64,000 bases of DNA from Actinomycetota bacterium (GTDB lineage: Bacteria > Actinomycetota > Acidimicrobiia > Acidimicrobiales > GCA-2861595), in the NCBI GenBank assembly GCA_002861595.1, contig PJQG01000037.1, forward strand, positions 15,389-79,388, read 5' to 3'. Each line of letters opens with the position of its first letter. Position 1 is the stretch's first letter. Below the pieces are notes generated by a model. That model saw only the letters and a program-made list of their open reading frames with translations. It was not told where the DNA came from and did no database searches. A program made the translations under genes and the position numbers. Of the stretch, positions 10,167 to 18,334 are shown in pieces.

Positions 10167-10948
10167 CCTCTGCTGCCCTGCTCGAGCTGCGATCGGTCAC
10201 CAAGTCGTTCCGCGGGGGCGGGCTGATCGCCGTCGACGACGTGAGCCTGGAGGTGGGCAGCAGCGAGACCGTCGGGGTCGTCGGCCCCAGCGGCGCCGGC
10301 AAGAGCACCGTCGCCCGGCTCGTGGCCGGCCTGCTCACCCCCGACGCCGGCGCTATCGTCTTCGAGGGCACCGACCTGGCCACACTGGGCGACGCCGAGC
10401 GGCGCGCCGTCCGCCGCCGCCTCCACCTCGTGTTCCAGGACCCCTACACCTCCCTGGCCGGGCACCTCCGGGTGGCCGATCTGGTGGCCGAGCCGCTGGT
10501 GATCCACGGCGCCTGCGACCGTGCCACCCGGACCGACCTGGTGGCCGAGGCCCTCGCCGCCGTCCAGCTCGCGCCGGCCCGGTACCTCACCCGGTGGCCC
10601 CACGAGCTGTCGGGCGGCGAGCGCCAGCGCGTCGCCCTGGCCCGGGCCCTCGTCCTGCGACCGCGGCTGGTCATCGCCGACGAGCCCACCGCCATGCTCG
10701 ACCCACGGGCCCGGGCCGAGCTCCTCGAGCTCATGGCCGAGCTGCAGGCCCGCCTCGCCACGGCCTACCTCTTCATCACCCATGACCTGGCCGTGGCCGA
10801 CCATTTCTGCGATCGGCTGGTCGTCATGTCGCGGGGCGCCGTGGTCGAGGAGGGCCCGACGGAGTCGGTGGTCACCCGTCCCCGCCATCCGGCCACAGCC
10901 GCCCTCGTCGACGCCGCGCGCCGGTTGCAGGCGGCGGTGCCGGCATGA
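10163..10948 (+). CDS. ABC ATP-binding protein (DppF type)
   Basis: GPSGAGKS, PHELSGGERQR, ADEPT. Confidence 0.9.
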   Translation: MTSAALLELRSVTKSFRGGGLIAVDDVSLEVGSSETVGVVGPSGAGKSTVARLVAGLLTPDAGAIVFEGTDLATLGDAERRAVRRRLHLVFQDPYTSLAGHLRVADLVAEPLVIHGACDRATRTDLVAEALAAVQLAPARYLTRWPHELSGGERQRVALARALVLRPRLVIADEPTAMLDPRARAELLELMAELQARLATAYLFITHDLAVADHFCDRLVVMSRGAVVEEGPTESVVTRPRHPATAALVDAARRLQAAVPA

Positions 10949-11556
10949 GACCCCTCCTGCTCCTCGATGCCCGCACGAGCGTCCGGCCCATCCACGAGGA
11001 CCAGGCGGTGCGGGACCGGGTCGACGTGATCGACCTGTACGACCTGGCCTCCGCCGACCTCACGCCCTACGTCGGCCTGGTCGTCGCCGGCATGGCCGAC
11101 CAGGAGCTGCTGTGGGCCCGACGTGAGGTGATCGCCTCCTTTCTCGACCAGCGCAAGGTCGTGATCTTCTGCGGCCACCTCCTGCGTCACTGGCTGCCGG
11201 GCTGCGAGACCTTCGTCCCCGCGCCGATCACGTCGTTTCGCGACTACGCCATCCACATCGTCGAGCCCGGAACCATCTTCGCCGGCCTCGACGCCCACGA
11301 CCTCACCTTCCGGCGGGGTGTGGCCGGCTTCTTCGCCCGGGGCCACCATCCCCCACCTGCCGGCGCAGAGGTCCTGGCCACCCTGGCCGGGGGGCAGCCG
11401 ACGACGTGGATCGACCGGCGCACCACGGCGGGGACGGTGTTCACCCACGCCGGCGACCTGTTCGGCTTCGCCGACGCCGATTCCACCGCAGCGCGCCTCG
11501 TTCCCCAGCTCCTCGACTGGGCCGCCGCCGAAGGGAGCCGGTCGTGCGGAGCCTGA
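10945..11556 (+). CDS. Conserved hypothetical cytoplasmic protein, possibly GATase-like fold
   Basis: ATGA-coupled to the ABC operon; DLTFRRGVAGFFARGH motif; coding-like GC3. Confidence 0.75.
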   Translation: MRPLLLLDARTSVRPIHEDQAVRDRVDVIDLYDLASADLTPYVGLVVAGMADQELLWARREVIASFLDQRKVVIFCGHLLRHWLPGCETFVPAPITSFRDYAIHIVEPGTIFAGLDAHDLTFRRGVAGFFARGHHPPPAGAEVLATLAGGQPTTWIDRRTTAGTVFTHAGDLFGFADADSTAARLVPQLLDWAAAEGSRSCGA

Positions 11557-12374
11557 AGAGGCTCGTTGCCGTCTACGGCGGGTCCTCCGCCCACCACCGG
11601 GCATTGCACGAGCCCAAGTACGCCCGGTGGCTGGCCGGCTCCGTCTACCTCCCGGACCTGCCCAGGGCCGATCTCTCCCGGTACGACGGCGTCATCGTCC
11701 CCGAGCGGCTCCACGCCGGGCTGCAGGAGGCGATCCGTCCCCGCCTGCGCGAGGTCCTCGACCGGGGCGGCACCGTCGTGCTGTTCGGCGACCAGACCCC
11801 CTACGCCCACCGGCCCCGGGGCTGGCTCCCCGGCGTCGACTGGGAGCACCGGCCCACGAACTACTGGTGGTGGCTGGAACCGCGCGCCACCAGCGGCCTG
11901 CGGGCCCATCACCCCGGCCACGAGCTGTGGAGCCACCTCAGCCTCGACGACGCCACCTGGCACCAGCACGGCGTCTTCCACCCGCCTCCCGGTGCCGAGG
12001 TCCTCATCTCCGCCGACGACGGAGCGGCCGTGCTCTACGTCGACGAGGTGAGCACGCCTGGCACCCTGGTCGTGACGTCCCTCGACCCGATGTCCCACTA
12101 CGGCTCGTACTTCATGCCGGCGACGGAGCGCTTCCTCGACGGGTTCCTCCCGTGGCTCGCCGGCGCCGCCCACCCCCCCCGTTCCTGGGTGCGAAGTGGT
12201 CGTCAGGGCGACCACTTCGGGTGCAAGAACGACGGGATCGTGACGTCGGCGGCACCCGCGACAACCGGGCCCCCCGAAGAGGAGCGCCGGCTCGCCGTCC
12301 TCGAGCAAGAGATGGCGGACCGGCTGATGGCCCGGCCGGCCTCGGAGGTCTACGACCTCGACGGCGATCGCTGA
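11544..12374 (+). CDS. Conserved hypothetical protein, paralogous to the upstream gene
   Basis: AAGGGAG RBS, GTG 11544; shares DL..ADL..Y.G..V and HPPP.GAEVL with upstream ORF; WHQHG, LDPMSHYGSYFMP. Confidence 0.75.
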   Translation: MRSLKRLVAVYGGSSAHHRALHEPKYARWLAGSVYLPDLPRADLSRYDGVIVPERLHAGLQEAIRPRLREVLDRGGTVVLFGDQTPYAHRPRGWLPGVDWEHRPTNYWWWLEPRATSGLRAHHPGHELWSHLSLDDATWHQHGVFHPPPGAEVLISADDGAAVLYVDEVSTPGTLVVTSLDPMSHYGSYFMPATERFLDGFLPWLAGAAHPPRSWVRSGRQGDHFGCKNDGIVTSAAPATTGPPEEERRLAVLEQEMADRLMARPASEVYDLDGDR

Positions 12375-12405
12375 GGCTCGACCCCCTCACGCCTACGCTC
12401 CCGGC

Positions 12406-13272
12406 GTGGGCGAGCTGCGCTTCGACGGACGGGTGGCGGTTGTCACCGGCGCCGGCGGCGGCCTCGGCCGCGAGCACGCTCTGCTGCTGGCGTCGAGGGG
12501 CGCCCGCGTGGTCGTCAACGACGTGGACATGGTGGCGGCCCGGTCCACGGCCGAGGCGATCCACGACGCCGGCGGCACGGCGGAAGCTGACGGCGAGTCG
12601 GTGTCGACCCCCGAGGGCGGGGAGCGGCTGGTGGCCCACGCCGTGGATGCCTTCGGGCGGGTGGACATCGTGGTCAACAACGCCGGCATCCTGCGGGACA
12701 AGGCGTTCCACAACCTCACCCCGGAGCTGGTCACCCCGGTGCTCGACGTCCACCTGGGCGGCGCCTTCTGGGTGACCCGCCCGGCCTGGGCCGCCATGCG
12801 CGCGCAGGGCTACGGGAGGGTCGTCAACACCACCTCCAGCGCCGGCCTCCTCGGCAACTTCGGCCAGGCCAACTACGCGGCGGCAAAGATGGGCCTGGTC
12901 GGGCTCACCCGAACGCTGGCCGCCGAGGGCGCCCGGCACGGGATCAAGGTCAACGCCGTGGCGCCCCTGGCCCGCACGACGATGACCGAGGCGCTGCTCG
13001 GGCCGCTGGGCGAGCGCCTCGCTCCCGGCCTCGTCGCTCCCGTCGTCGCCTGGTTGTGCCACGAGGAGTGCGGTGTGAGCGGCGAGACCTACTCCGTCGG
13101 CGGCGGACGCGTCGCCCGTTTCTTCATCGGCCTCACCCCCGGCTGGTACGACGCCGATCTCACGCCGGAGACGGTGAGGGACAACCTGGAGGCCATCGGG
13201 GCCGAAGCGGGCTACAGCGTGCCGGCGTCCCCGGCCGAGGAGTTGGGGGCGATCTTCTCCCGCTTGCCCTGA
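12406..13272 (+). CDS. SDR oxidoreductase (MFE-2/hydroxyacyl-CoA dehydrogenase-like)
   Basis: TGAGGGLG, NNAG, YAAAK; TACGCT -10 just before start. Confidence 0.9.
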   Translation: MGELRFDGRVAVVTGAGGGLGREHALLLASRGARVVVNDVDMVAARSTAEAIHDAGGTAEADGESVSTPEGGERLVAHAVDAFGRVDIVVNNAGILRDKAFHNLTPELVTPVLDVHLGGAFWVTRPAWAAMRAQGYGRVVNTTSSAGLLGNFGQANYAAAKMGLVGLTRTLAAEGARHGIKVNAVAPLARTTMTEALLGPLGERLAPGLVAPVVAWLCHEECGVSGETYSVGGGRVARFFIGLTPGWYDADLTPETVRDNLEAIGAEAGYSVPASPAEELGAIFSRLP

Positions 13273-13625
13273 ACCCGGGAGGACGCCGGCCGGGCCTCTC
13301 GCCACGCCCACCAAACCAGGGGGAGCTGGAGGGGAAGCCTGGCCCACCAGATCCCGCCGGCGTCGAAGGCCATCTTCACGTTCGCGGGGAACACGGCGAC
13401 GAGCACGCCGGCGGTGAGGGCGCCGCCAATGCGCCGCGTGCGGGGGTGGGCGAGCAGCAGGCCCGCCGTGACCTCGGCGATCCCGCTGGCGTACACCCAT
13501 GGACGGGGCTCACCCAGGGCCTCGGGCACGATACGGGCGTACAGGCTGGGAGCGGCGAAGTGTGCGCTCCCGCCCGCCACCATGATCCCGGCCAGCCAGA
13601 GCGGGGATGGGAACCTCAGGGGCAC
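13212..13625 (-). CDS. DoxX-like membrane protein
   Basis: HF..P, SGIAE, AVFPAN, ARLPLQLPL motifs. Confidence 0.8.
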   Translation of the reverse strand: MPLRFPSPLWLAGIMVAGGSAHFAAPSLYARIVPEALGEPRPWVYASGIAEVTAGLLLAHPRTRRIGGALTAGVLVAVFPANVKMAFDAGGIWWARLPLQLPLVWWAWREARPASSRVQGKREKIAPNSSAGDAGTL

Positions 13626-14311
13626 GCGGGAAGGCTCATCACGTCGTCGCACATCCGGGCCAGCTGGGCCCGGTCATGGGACACGATCAGGACCGTGCGT
13701 CGTGCCTTCAGGCCGGCGAGAGCCGCCTCGACGGTGGCGGTGGCGCCGGCGTCCAGGGCGCTGGTGGGCTCGTCCAGGAGGAGCACGGAGGGGTCGAGGG
13801 CAAGAGCGCGGGCCAGGCACAGGCGCTGGCGCTGGCCGACGCTGAGCTGCTCGGCGGGCGCGTCGAGCCGGTCGGCCACCTCGTCCCACAGGCCGGCCTC
13901 CCGGAGGGCGCCCTCGGCCCGCCGCCGCAGCTCGGCGCGGGGTGCCCGCACCAGGTGGCGGAGGCCGAAGCCGGCGTTGGCCAGGATCGAGGCCGGGAAG
14001 ACGACCGGCGTCTGGCCGACCAGGACGGCCCTGGAGCGCAGGGCGGCAAGGTCGACGCCGGCGCCTCCCACCGTGACGTCGAGCACCGTGATGTCACCCG
14101 TCCTGGTGAGCCCTGCAGGAAGCAGGCCGACCAGGGCCCGCAGGATCGTCGACTTGCCGCTCCCCGAAGGCCCCCGCAATCCGAGGGTCGTGCCGGCGGG
14201 GAGCTCGAAGCTCACCGGGCCCACCAGCACCGTGTCCCCCTTCCGGACCACGAGGTGGCGGACGCTGGCCGCGGTCGACGTGTCGATGGTCGTCGTGGGC
14301 GTCGCTGTCAC
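13616..14311 (-). CDS. pstB: Phosphate ABC transporter ATP-binding protein (PstB-like)
   Basis: [41 protein letters not shown]. Confidence 0.8.
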   Translation of the reverse strand: MTATPTTTIDTSTAASVRHLVVRKGDTVLVGPVSFELPAGTTLGLRGPSGSGKSTILRALVGLLPAGLTRTGDITVLDVTVGGAGVDLAALRSRAVLVGQTPVVFPASILANAGFGLRHLVRAPRAELRRRAEGALREAGLWDEVADRLDAPAEQLSVGQRQRLCLARALALDPSVLLLDEPTSALDAGATATVEAALAGLKARRTVLIVSHDRAQLARMCDDVMSLPACP

Positions 14312-16107
14312 GCGGCGCGGGCCTCGAGGCGGCGGCGGACGGGCAGGGCGACCAGGACGAGCAGGCCGGCGACGGCCATCAGGGCCAGCGCCGCTCCCCA
14401 CGCCGTGCGCAGGGCGGCAGGGTCGGCGGCGTCCTGGGCCAGGGTGAAGATGTGGGTGGGGAGGGCGGTCACCTCGGCGTTGCGGATGCCCTGGGGAAGA
14501 GGCTGTGCTCCGGAGAACACCGCCGCGGTGAACAGCAGCGGCGCCGTCTCGCCGGCGGCGCGGGCCAGGCCGAGCAGCAAGCCGGTGACGAGGCCGGGCA
14601 GGGCGTGGGGGACCAGCACCGAGCGCACCAGCTGGTCGCGCCGGAGCCCGACGGCCAGCGCCGCCTCCCGCCGCTCGCCGGGAAGGGCCGAGATGGTGGC
14701 AGCCACAGCCAGGGCCACGGGCGGCAGGGCCACCACGGCGAGGACGACGGCACCGGCCAGCCAGCTCTTCCCCCAACCGAGGCGGCTGCTGAACAGCCAG
14801 TAGCCCCACAGGCCGAGCAGGATCGACGGGACGCCGCCCAGGGTCAGCGTGAGCGTGCGCAGCCAGCGGGCGGCGCCGGGCCCGGCGTATTCCGAGAGCA
14901 GGAGGCCGAGGGCCAGTCCCACCGGTGCCGTCAGCACGCCGGCCACGACCACGAGGAGCAGGGTGCCGGCGACCTGCCCGCTGATGCCGCCCCCGCTGGC
15001 GCCCAGGGCGGGCGTGGACCAGAAGCTCGGATCGAGCGCGGCGCTCCCCCTCGTGAGGGCGACGGCGGCGATGCCGGCGACCAGAGCCAGCGGCACGGCC
15101 AGGATGGCGACCAGCCACGTCCTCGCCAGCCGGTCCCTCCCCTTCCGCCAGCGGTGCGCCGCCCGCGGCACCGGTTGCCAACGTTTCGAGGACGTAGCCC
15201 CCGGTTTCCGGGGGTCATGTCCTCGAAAGCGGAGGGACCCGGCGATGGTGACGGCGGCCACCACGGCCAGGAGCAGGAGCCCGAGGCCGCAGAGGGCGGC
15301 CCAGTGGGGGCCGGCGGTGCCGGCGAGCACGGTCTCGGGACCGTTGAGCTTGGTGGTGAGGGTCTGGCCCGGACGCACGGCGCGGGTGACGGCGTCCCCC
15401 AGGCTCTGGGGGACGAGGCTGTCGGCTCGGCCGACGACCAGGTACACGGCGATGGTCTCGCCCAGGGCCCGGGCCAGCCCGAGCAGGGCGGCTGCTCCCA
15501 TCCCTCGCCGGGCCTCCGGCACGACGGCCGAGCGGATGACCTCGGTGCGGGTGAGCCCGCAGGCGGCGGCCGCCTCGCGGGTGCGCGCCGGCACGCCGGC
15601 CAGGGCGTCCACCGACACGGCGACGACGGTGGGCAGCACCATGACGGCGAGCACCAGGCCGGCGGCCAGCAGGCTGTCGCCCCCCGGGACGCCGGCCAGC
15701 TCCGACACCAGGGGCCGCACGAAGGCCACGCCCACGAGGCCGTAGACGATGGACGGGACGACGGCCAGCAGCTCGCAGCCGGTCCGCAGCGCTCGCCGCC
15801 ACCGGGCCGGCGCCACCTCGTGGAGGGCGATGGCCGCGCCCCAGCCCAGGGGAGCGGCCAGGGCCAGGGCCAACGCAGCCACCACCGCCGTGCCCCAGAT
15901 CATGGCGGTGGCGCCGTACTTTCCTCGGGATGGGTCCCAGACCGCCGACGTGAGCAGCTCGACCCAGGACATGGGCCCCGAGCGCACGCCGACGACCAGG
16001 AACGCGGCCACGCCGAGCAGGGCGGCGCCGGCCACGCCGGCGCCCAGACCCACCGACCAAGGCGTCCATGCCCGTCCGTGGCGCCGCTCGAGCGCTCCCG
16101 TGCGCAC
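14308..16107 (-). CDS. Fused phosphate ABC permease PstC-PstA (start uncertain)
   Basis: Two permease halves: VPSIVYG...LARALGET and VPSILLG...LARAAGETAP in one frame. Confidence 0.82.
   Translation of the reverse strand: MRTGALERRHGRAWTPWSVGLGAGVAGAALLGVAAFLVVGVRSGPMSWVELLTSAVWDPSRGKYGATAMIWGTAVVAALALALAAPLGWGAAIALHEVAPARWRRALRTGCELLAVVPSIVYGLVGVAFVRPLVSELAGVPGGDSLLAAGLVLAVMVLPTVVAVSVDALAGVPARTREAAAACGLTRTEVIRSAVVPEARRGMGAAALLGLARALGETIAVYLVVGRADSLVPQSLGDAVTRAVRPGQTLTTKLNGPETVLAGTAGPHWAALCGLGLLLLAVVAAVTIAGSLRFRGHDPRKPGATSSKRWQPVPRAAHRWRKGRDRLARTWLVAILAVPLALVAGIAAVALTRGSAALDPSFWSTPALGASGGGISGQVAGTLLLVVVAGVLTAPVGLALGLLLSEYAGPGAARWLRTLTLTLGGVPSILLGLWGYWLFSSRLGWGKSWLAGAVVLAVVALPPVALAVAATISALPGERREAALAVGLRRDQLVRSVLVPHALPGLVTGLLLGLARAAGETAPLLFTAAVFSGAQPLPQGIRNAEVTALPTHIFTLAQDAADPAALRTAWGAALALMAVAGLLVLVALPVRRRLEARAA
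15183..15229. repeat. REP-like palindrome inside the PstC-PstA linker
   Basis: 21-bp arms (18/21) with TTT loop; same layout as 26874-26920. Confidence 0.7.
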
Positions 16108-16177
16108 GTTCTGTGCATTTTGCGCCGTGACTGGCCCCGAAATCCTCGAAATCACGGCGCGAAGTGCACAGAACGTG
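16105..16177. repeat. Long imperfect inverted repeat between pstS and pstCA
   Basis: CACGTTCTGTGCATTTTGCGCCGTGA ... TCACGGCGCGAAGTGCACAGAACGTG. Confidence 0.75.
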
Positions 16178-16213
16178 GACGGGACCCACTCGACGATTCG
16201 GCCGCTTCGCGTG

Positions 16214-17080
16214 TCACCCGAGCTCGGCCAGCGTGAGGTAGCCGTGCCTGGTGAGGAGCTGCTGGCCGGGAGCCGACACCACGAAGTCGACGAAGCGCTC
16301 GGCCGGGCCCGCCGGCTTGCCGTCGGTGACGAGGAACAGCGGCCGCGACATCGGGTAGCTCCCGTCCCTGATGTGCTCGCTCGTCGGCGTCACGCCCTCG
16401 ATGGCCACCGCCACCAGCTCCGGACGGTCGGCGACGAAGGCCGACGACAGCGGGCCCACCGATCCCGGCGTCGACAGCAGCTTGGCCCGGGCCTCCTCGT
16501 TGCCACCGACGATGGCATAGTTGTCCGACCGCGGTGGAGGGGGAGCCTTGCCGCCCTTGCCGTAAAGGTACTTGTCGAGGACCTCCCGCGTTCCCCGCCC
16601 CGGCTCCTTGTCGTAGACGAACACCGGGAGGTCAGGGCCACCCAGCTCCGACCAGTTGGCCACGCGACCTTCGAACACCGCCTTCAGCTGGTCCCTGGTG
16701 AGGCTGCGCACCCCTCCGTCGAACACCTCCTTGCGCACCACGACGCCCACCGCGTCGGCGCCGATCTCGGTGGCCACGAAGTCGACCGACGGGTGGGCCT
16801 TGCGGTCGTCCTCGGACACCTCCTTGGAGCTCATGGCGATCTCGATCTGGCCCGCCGCCAGCTGGACGATGCCGCCGGCCGACCCACCCTGGGTGTCCAC
16901 GGTCACCCGCAGCCCCTCCCTGCGCAGTACATCGGCAGCGTCGGCGGCCACGGGGTTGACGGTGGTGGAGCCGCTGACCCGCAGTGCCCCCCCACCACCG
17001 CCGGGGGCGGAGCTGGCACCGCCACCGCAGGCGGCGAGGAGCACGGCCAGGGCAACGGGCGCGAGACGGCCCACGATCAC
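16214..17080 (-). CDS. pstS: Phosphate ABC substrate-binding lipoprotein
   Basis: LLAAC lipobox; SGSTTV, GGSAGG, DGSYPMSRPL; GTG overlaps the ArsR stop. Confidence 0.88.
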   Translation of the reverse strand: MIVGRLAPVALAVLLAACGGGASSAPGGGGGALRVSGSTTVNPVAADAADVLRREGLRVTVDTQGGSAGGIVQLAAGQIEIAMSSKEVSEDDRKAHPSVDFVATEIGADAVGVVVRKEVFDGGVRSLTRDQLKAVFEGRVANWSELGGPDLPVFVYDKEPGRGTREVLDKYLYGKGGKAPPPPRSDNYAIVGGNEEARAKLLSTPGSVGPLSSAFVADRPELVAVAIEGVTPTSEHIRDGSYPMSRPLFLVTDGKPAGPAERFVDFVVSAPGQQLLTRHGYLTLAELG

Positions 17081-17421
17081 CGGCCGGCGCCCTGGCTCGG
17101 GCGGCAGCACGCCGGATTGCCGCCGGGCAGGGCGACGGGGGTGAGGTCGTCGGGATCGAGCACGCCGAACACCGTGCGGGCGGCGGCGGCCAGGCCGGCC
17201 GGGTCGACGGCGTACATGGTGAACCCGTCGGACCGGCGGGAGCGGAGCAGGCCGGCCCCGACCAGCACGCCGAGGTGGTGGCTCACCAGGGGCTGGGGCA
17301 GCCCCTCGGTCTCGACCAGCTCCCGCACGCAGCGCTCGCGCTGGCGCAGCGCCGTGAACAGCCGGAAGCGGGTCGGGTCGGCCAGCGCCCGCAGGATCGT
17401 GAGGGCGTCGGCCCTATCAAT
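17077..17421 (-). CDS. arsR: ArsR/SmtB-family repressor with C-terminal vicinal Cys (start codon non-canonical or uncertain)
   Basis: LRALADPTRFRL...ERCVREL...QPLVSHHL...ACC; frame is open upstream of the track's start. Confidence 0.8.
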   Translation of the reverse strand: MDRADALTILRALADPTRFRLFTALRQRERCVRELVETEGLPQPLVSHHLGVLVGAGLLRSRRSDGFTMYAVDPAGLAAAARTVFGVLDPDDLTPVALPGGNPACCRPSQGAGR

Positions 17422-17431
17422 CTGAATTGAT
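17416..17431. promoter_or_regulatory. Putative ArsR operator ATCAAT-N4-ATTGAT
   Basis: Perfect 6-4-6 AT-rich palindrome at the 5' end of arsR. Confidence 0.7.
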
Positions 17432-17458
17432 GAAGCCTGCCAGGGCGTTCACCTGCCG

Positions 17459-18334
17459 TCAAGCGGGCTTCTCGGCGACCAGAAGGGCGTAGCCGGCGAT
17501 GCCGTCCCGCACGGCCTCGGCGGCGAGGGCCGTGCGCTGGCGGGCGACGTCGAAGTCGACGCCGGCCAGCGCCGGCGCCGCGGCCATGCGGAAGGCCACG
17601 AGGCGGGCGTCGATCTGGTCGATCATCTTGGCCAGGGCGGTGTCGTGGGACTCGGTCATGGTCACCCGCAGGCCGGCGGCGGCCAGGAGCTCGGCGTACT
17701 CGTCCAGGGGGCGGGCGTCGGCCAGGCACGCCACCCAACCGGCGAGCGTCTGCAGCTCGGCGTGGAGGCGGCTGGGGTCGAGGACCACGTCGGTGATGCC
17801 GAGGCGCCCGCCGGGGCGCAGCACCCGGGCCATCTCCGCCGCGGCCGTGGGCTTGTCCGGGAAGGTGCAGAAGGCGCACTCGCAGACGATGGCGTCCACC
17901 GAGGAGTCCTCGAGCGGCAGGCGCTCGGCGTCGCCCACCGAGAACCGGACCTGCTCGGCCAAGCCCTCGGCGGCGGCGCGGGCGTTGGCCTTGGCCACCG
18001 CCTCCTCGCCGAGGTCGACGCCCTCCACGTTGACGCCGAACTCGGCGGCCAGCAGGAACGCCGTCGTCCCCGGCCCGCTGGCCACGTCGAGCACCCGTTG
18101 GCCGGTGCGCAGTTCGAGCGAGCGACCGAGGCGACGGGTGAGGTCGAGCCCGCCCGGGTGGTAGCTGTCGCCGAGGATGAGGGCGACGGCGTCCCGCTGG
18201 TAGGTCCTGGCGCAGCACAACTTGACCTGATCGGGCGACGGCTCCGTGGCCACGGCCCCGGGCGGGGGTGGGGACCCCGCCTCGGGGAGGAGGCCGGGGT
18301 TGGGGCCCCCGGCCGGGCTGGACAGCGCACTCAC
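17459..18334 (-). CDS. Class I SAM methyltransferase, ArsM-like Cys pattern
   Basis: VLDVASGPG, GDAERLP, RVLRPGG; Cys in LCC, VCECAFC, WVACLA; GTGA coupling to radical SAM gene. Confidence 0.85.
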   Translation of the reverse strand: MSALSSPAGGPNPGLLPEAGSPPPPGAVATEPSPDQVKLCCARTYQRDAVALILGDSYHPGGLDLTRRLGRSLELRTGQRVLDVASGPGTTAFLLAAEFGVNVEGVDLGEEAVAKANARAAAEGLAEQVRFSVGDAERLPLEDSSVDAIVCECAFCTFPDKPTAAAEMARVLRPGGRLGITDVVLDPSRLHAELQTLAGWVACLADARPLDEYAELLAAAGLRVTMTESHDTALAKMIDQIDARLVAFRMAAAPALAGVDFDVARQRTALAAEAVRDGIAGYALLVAEKPA

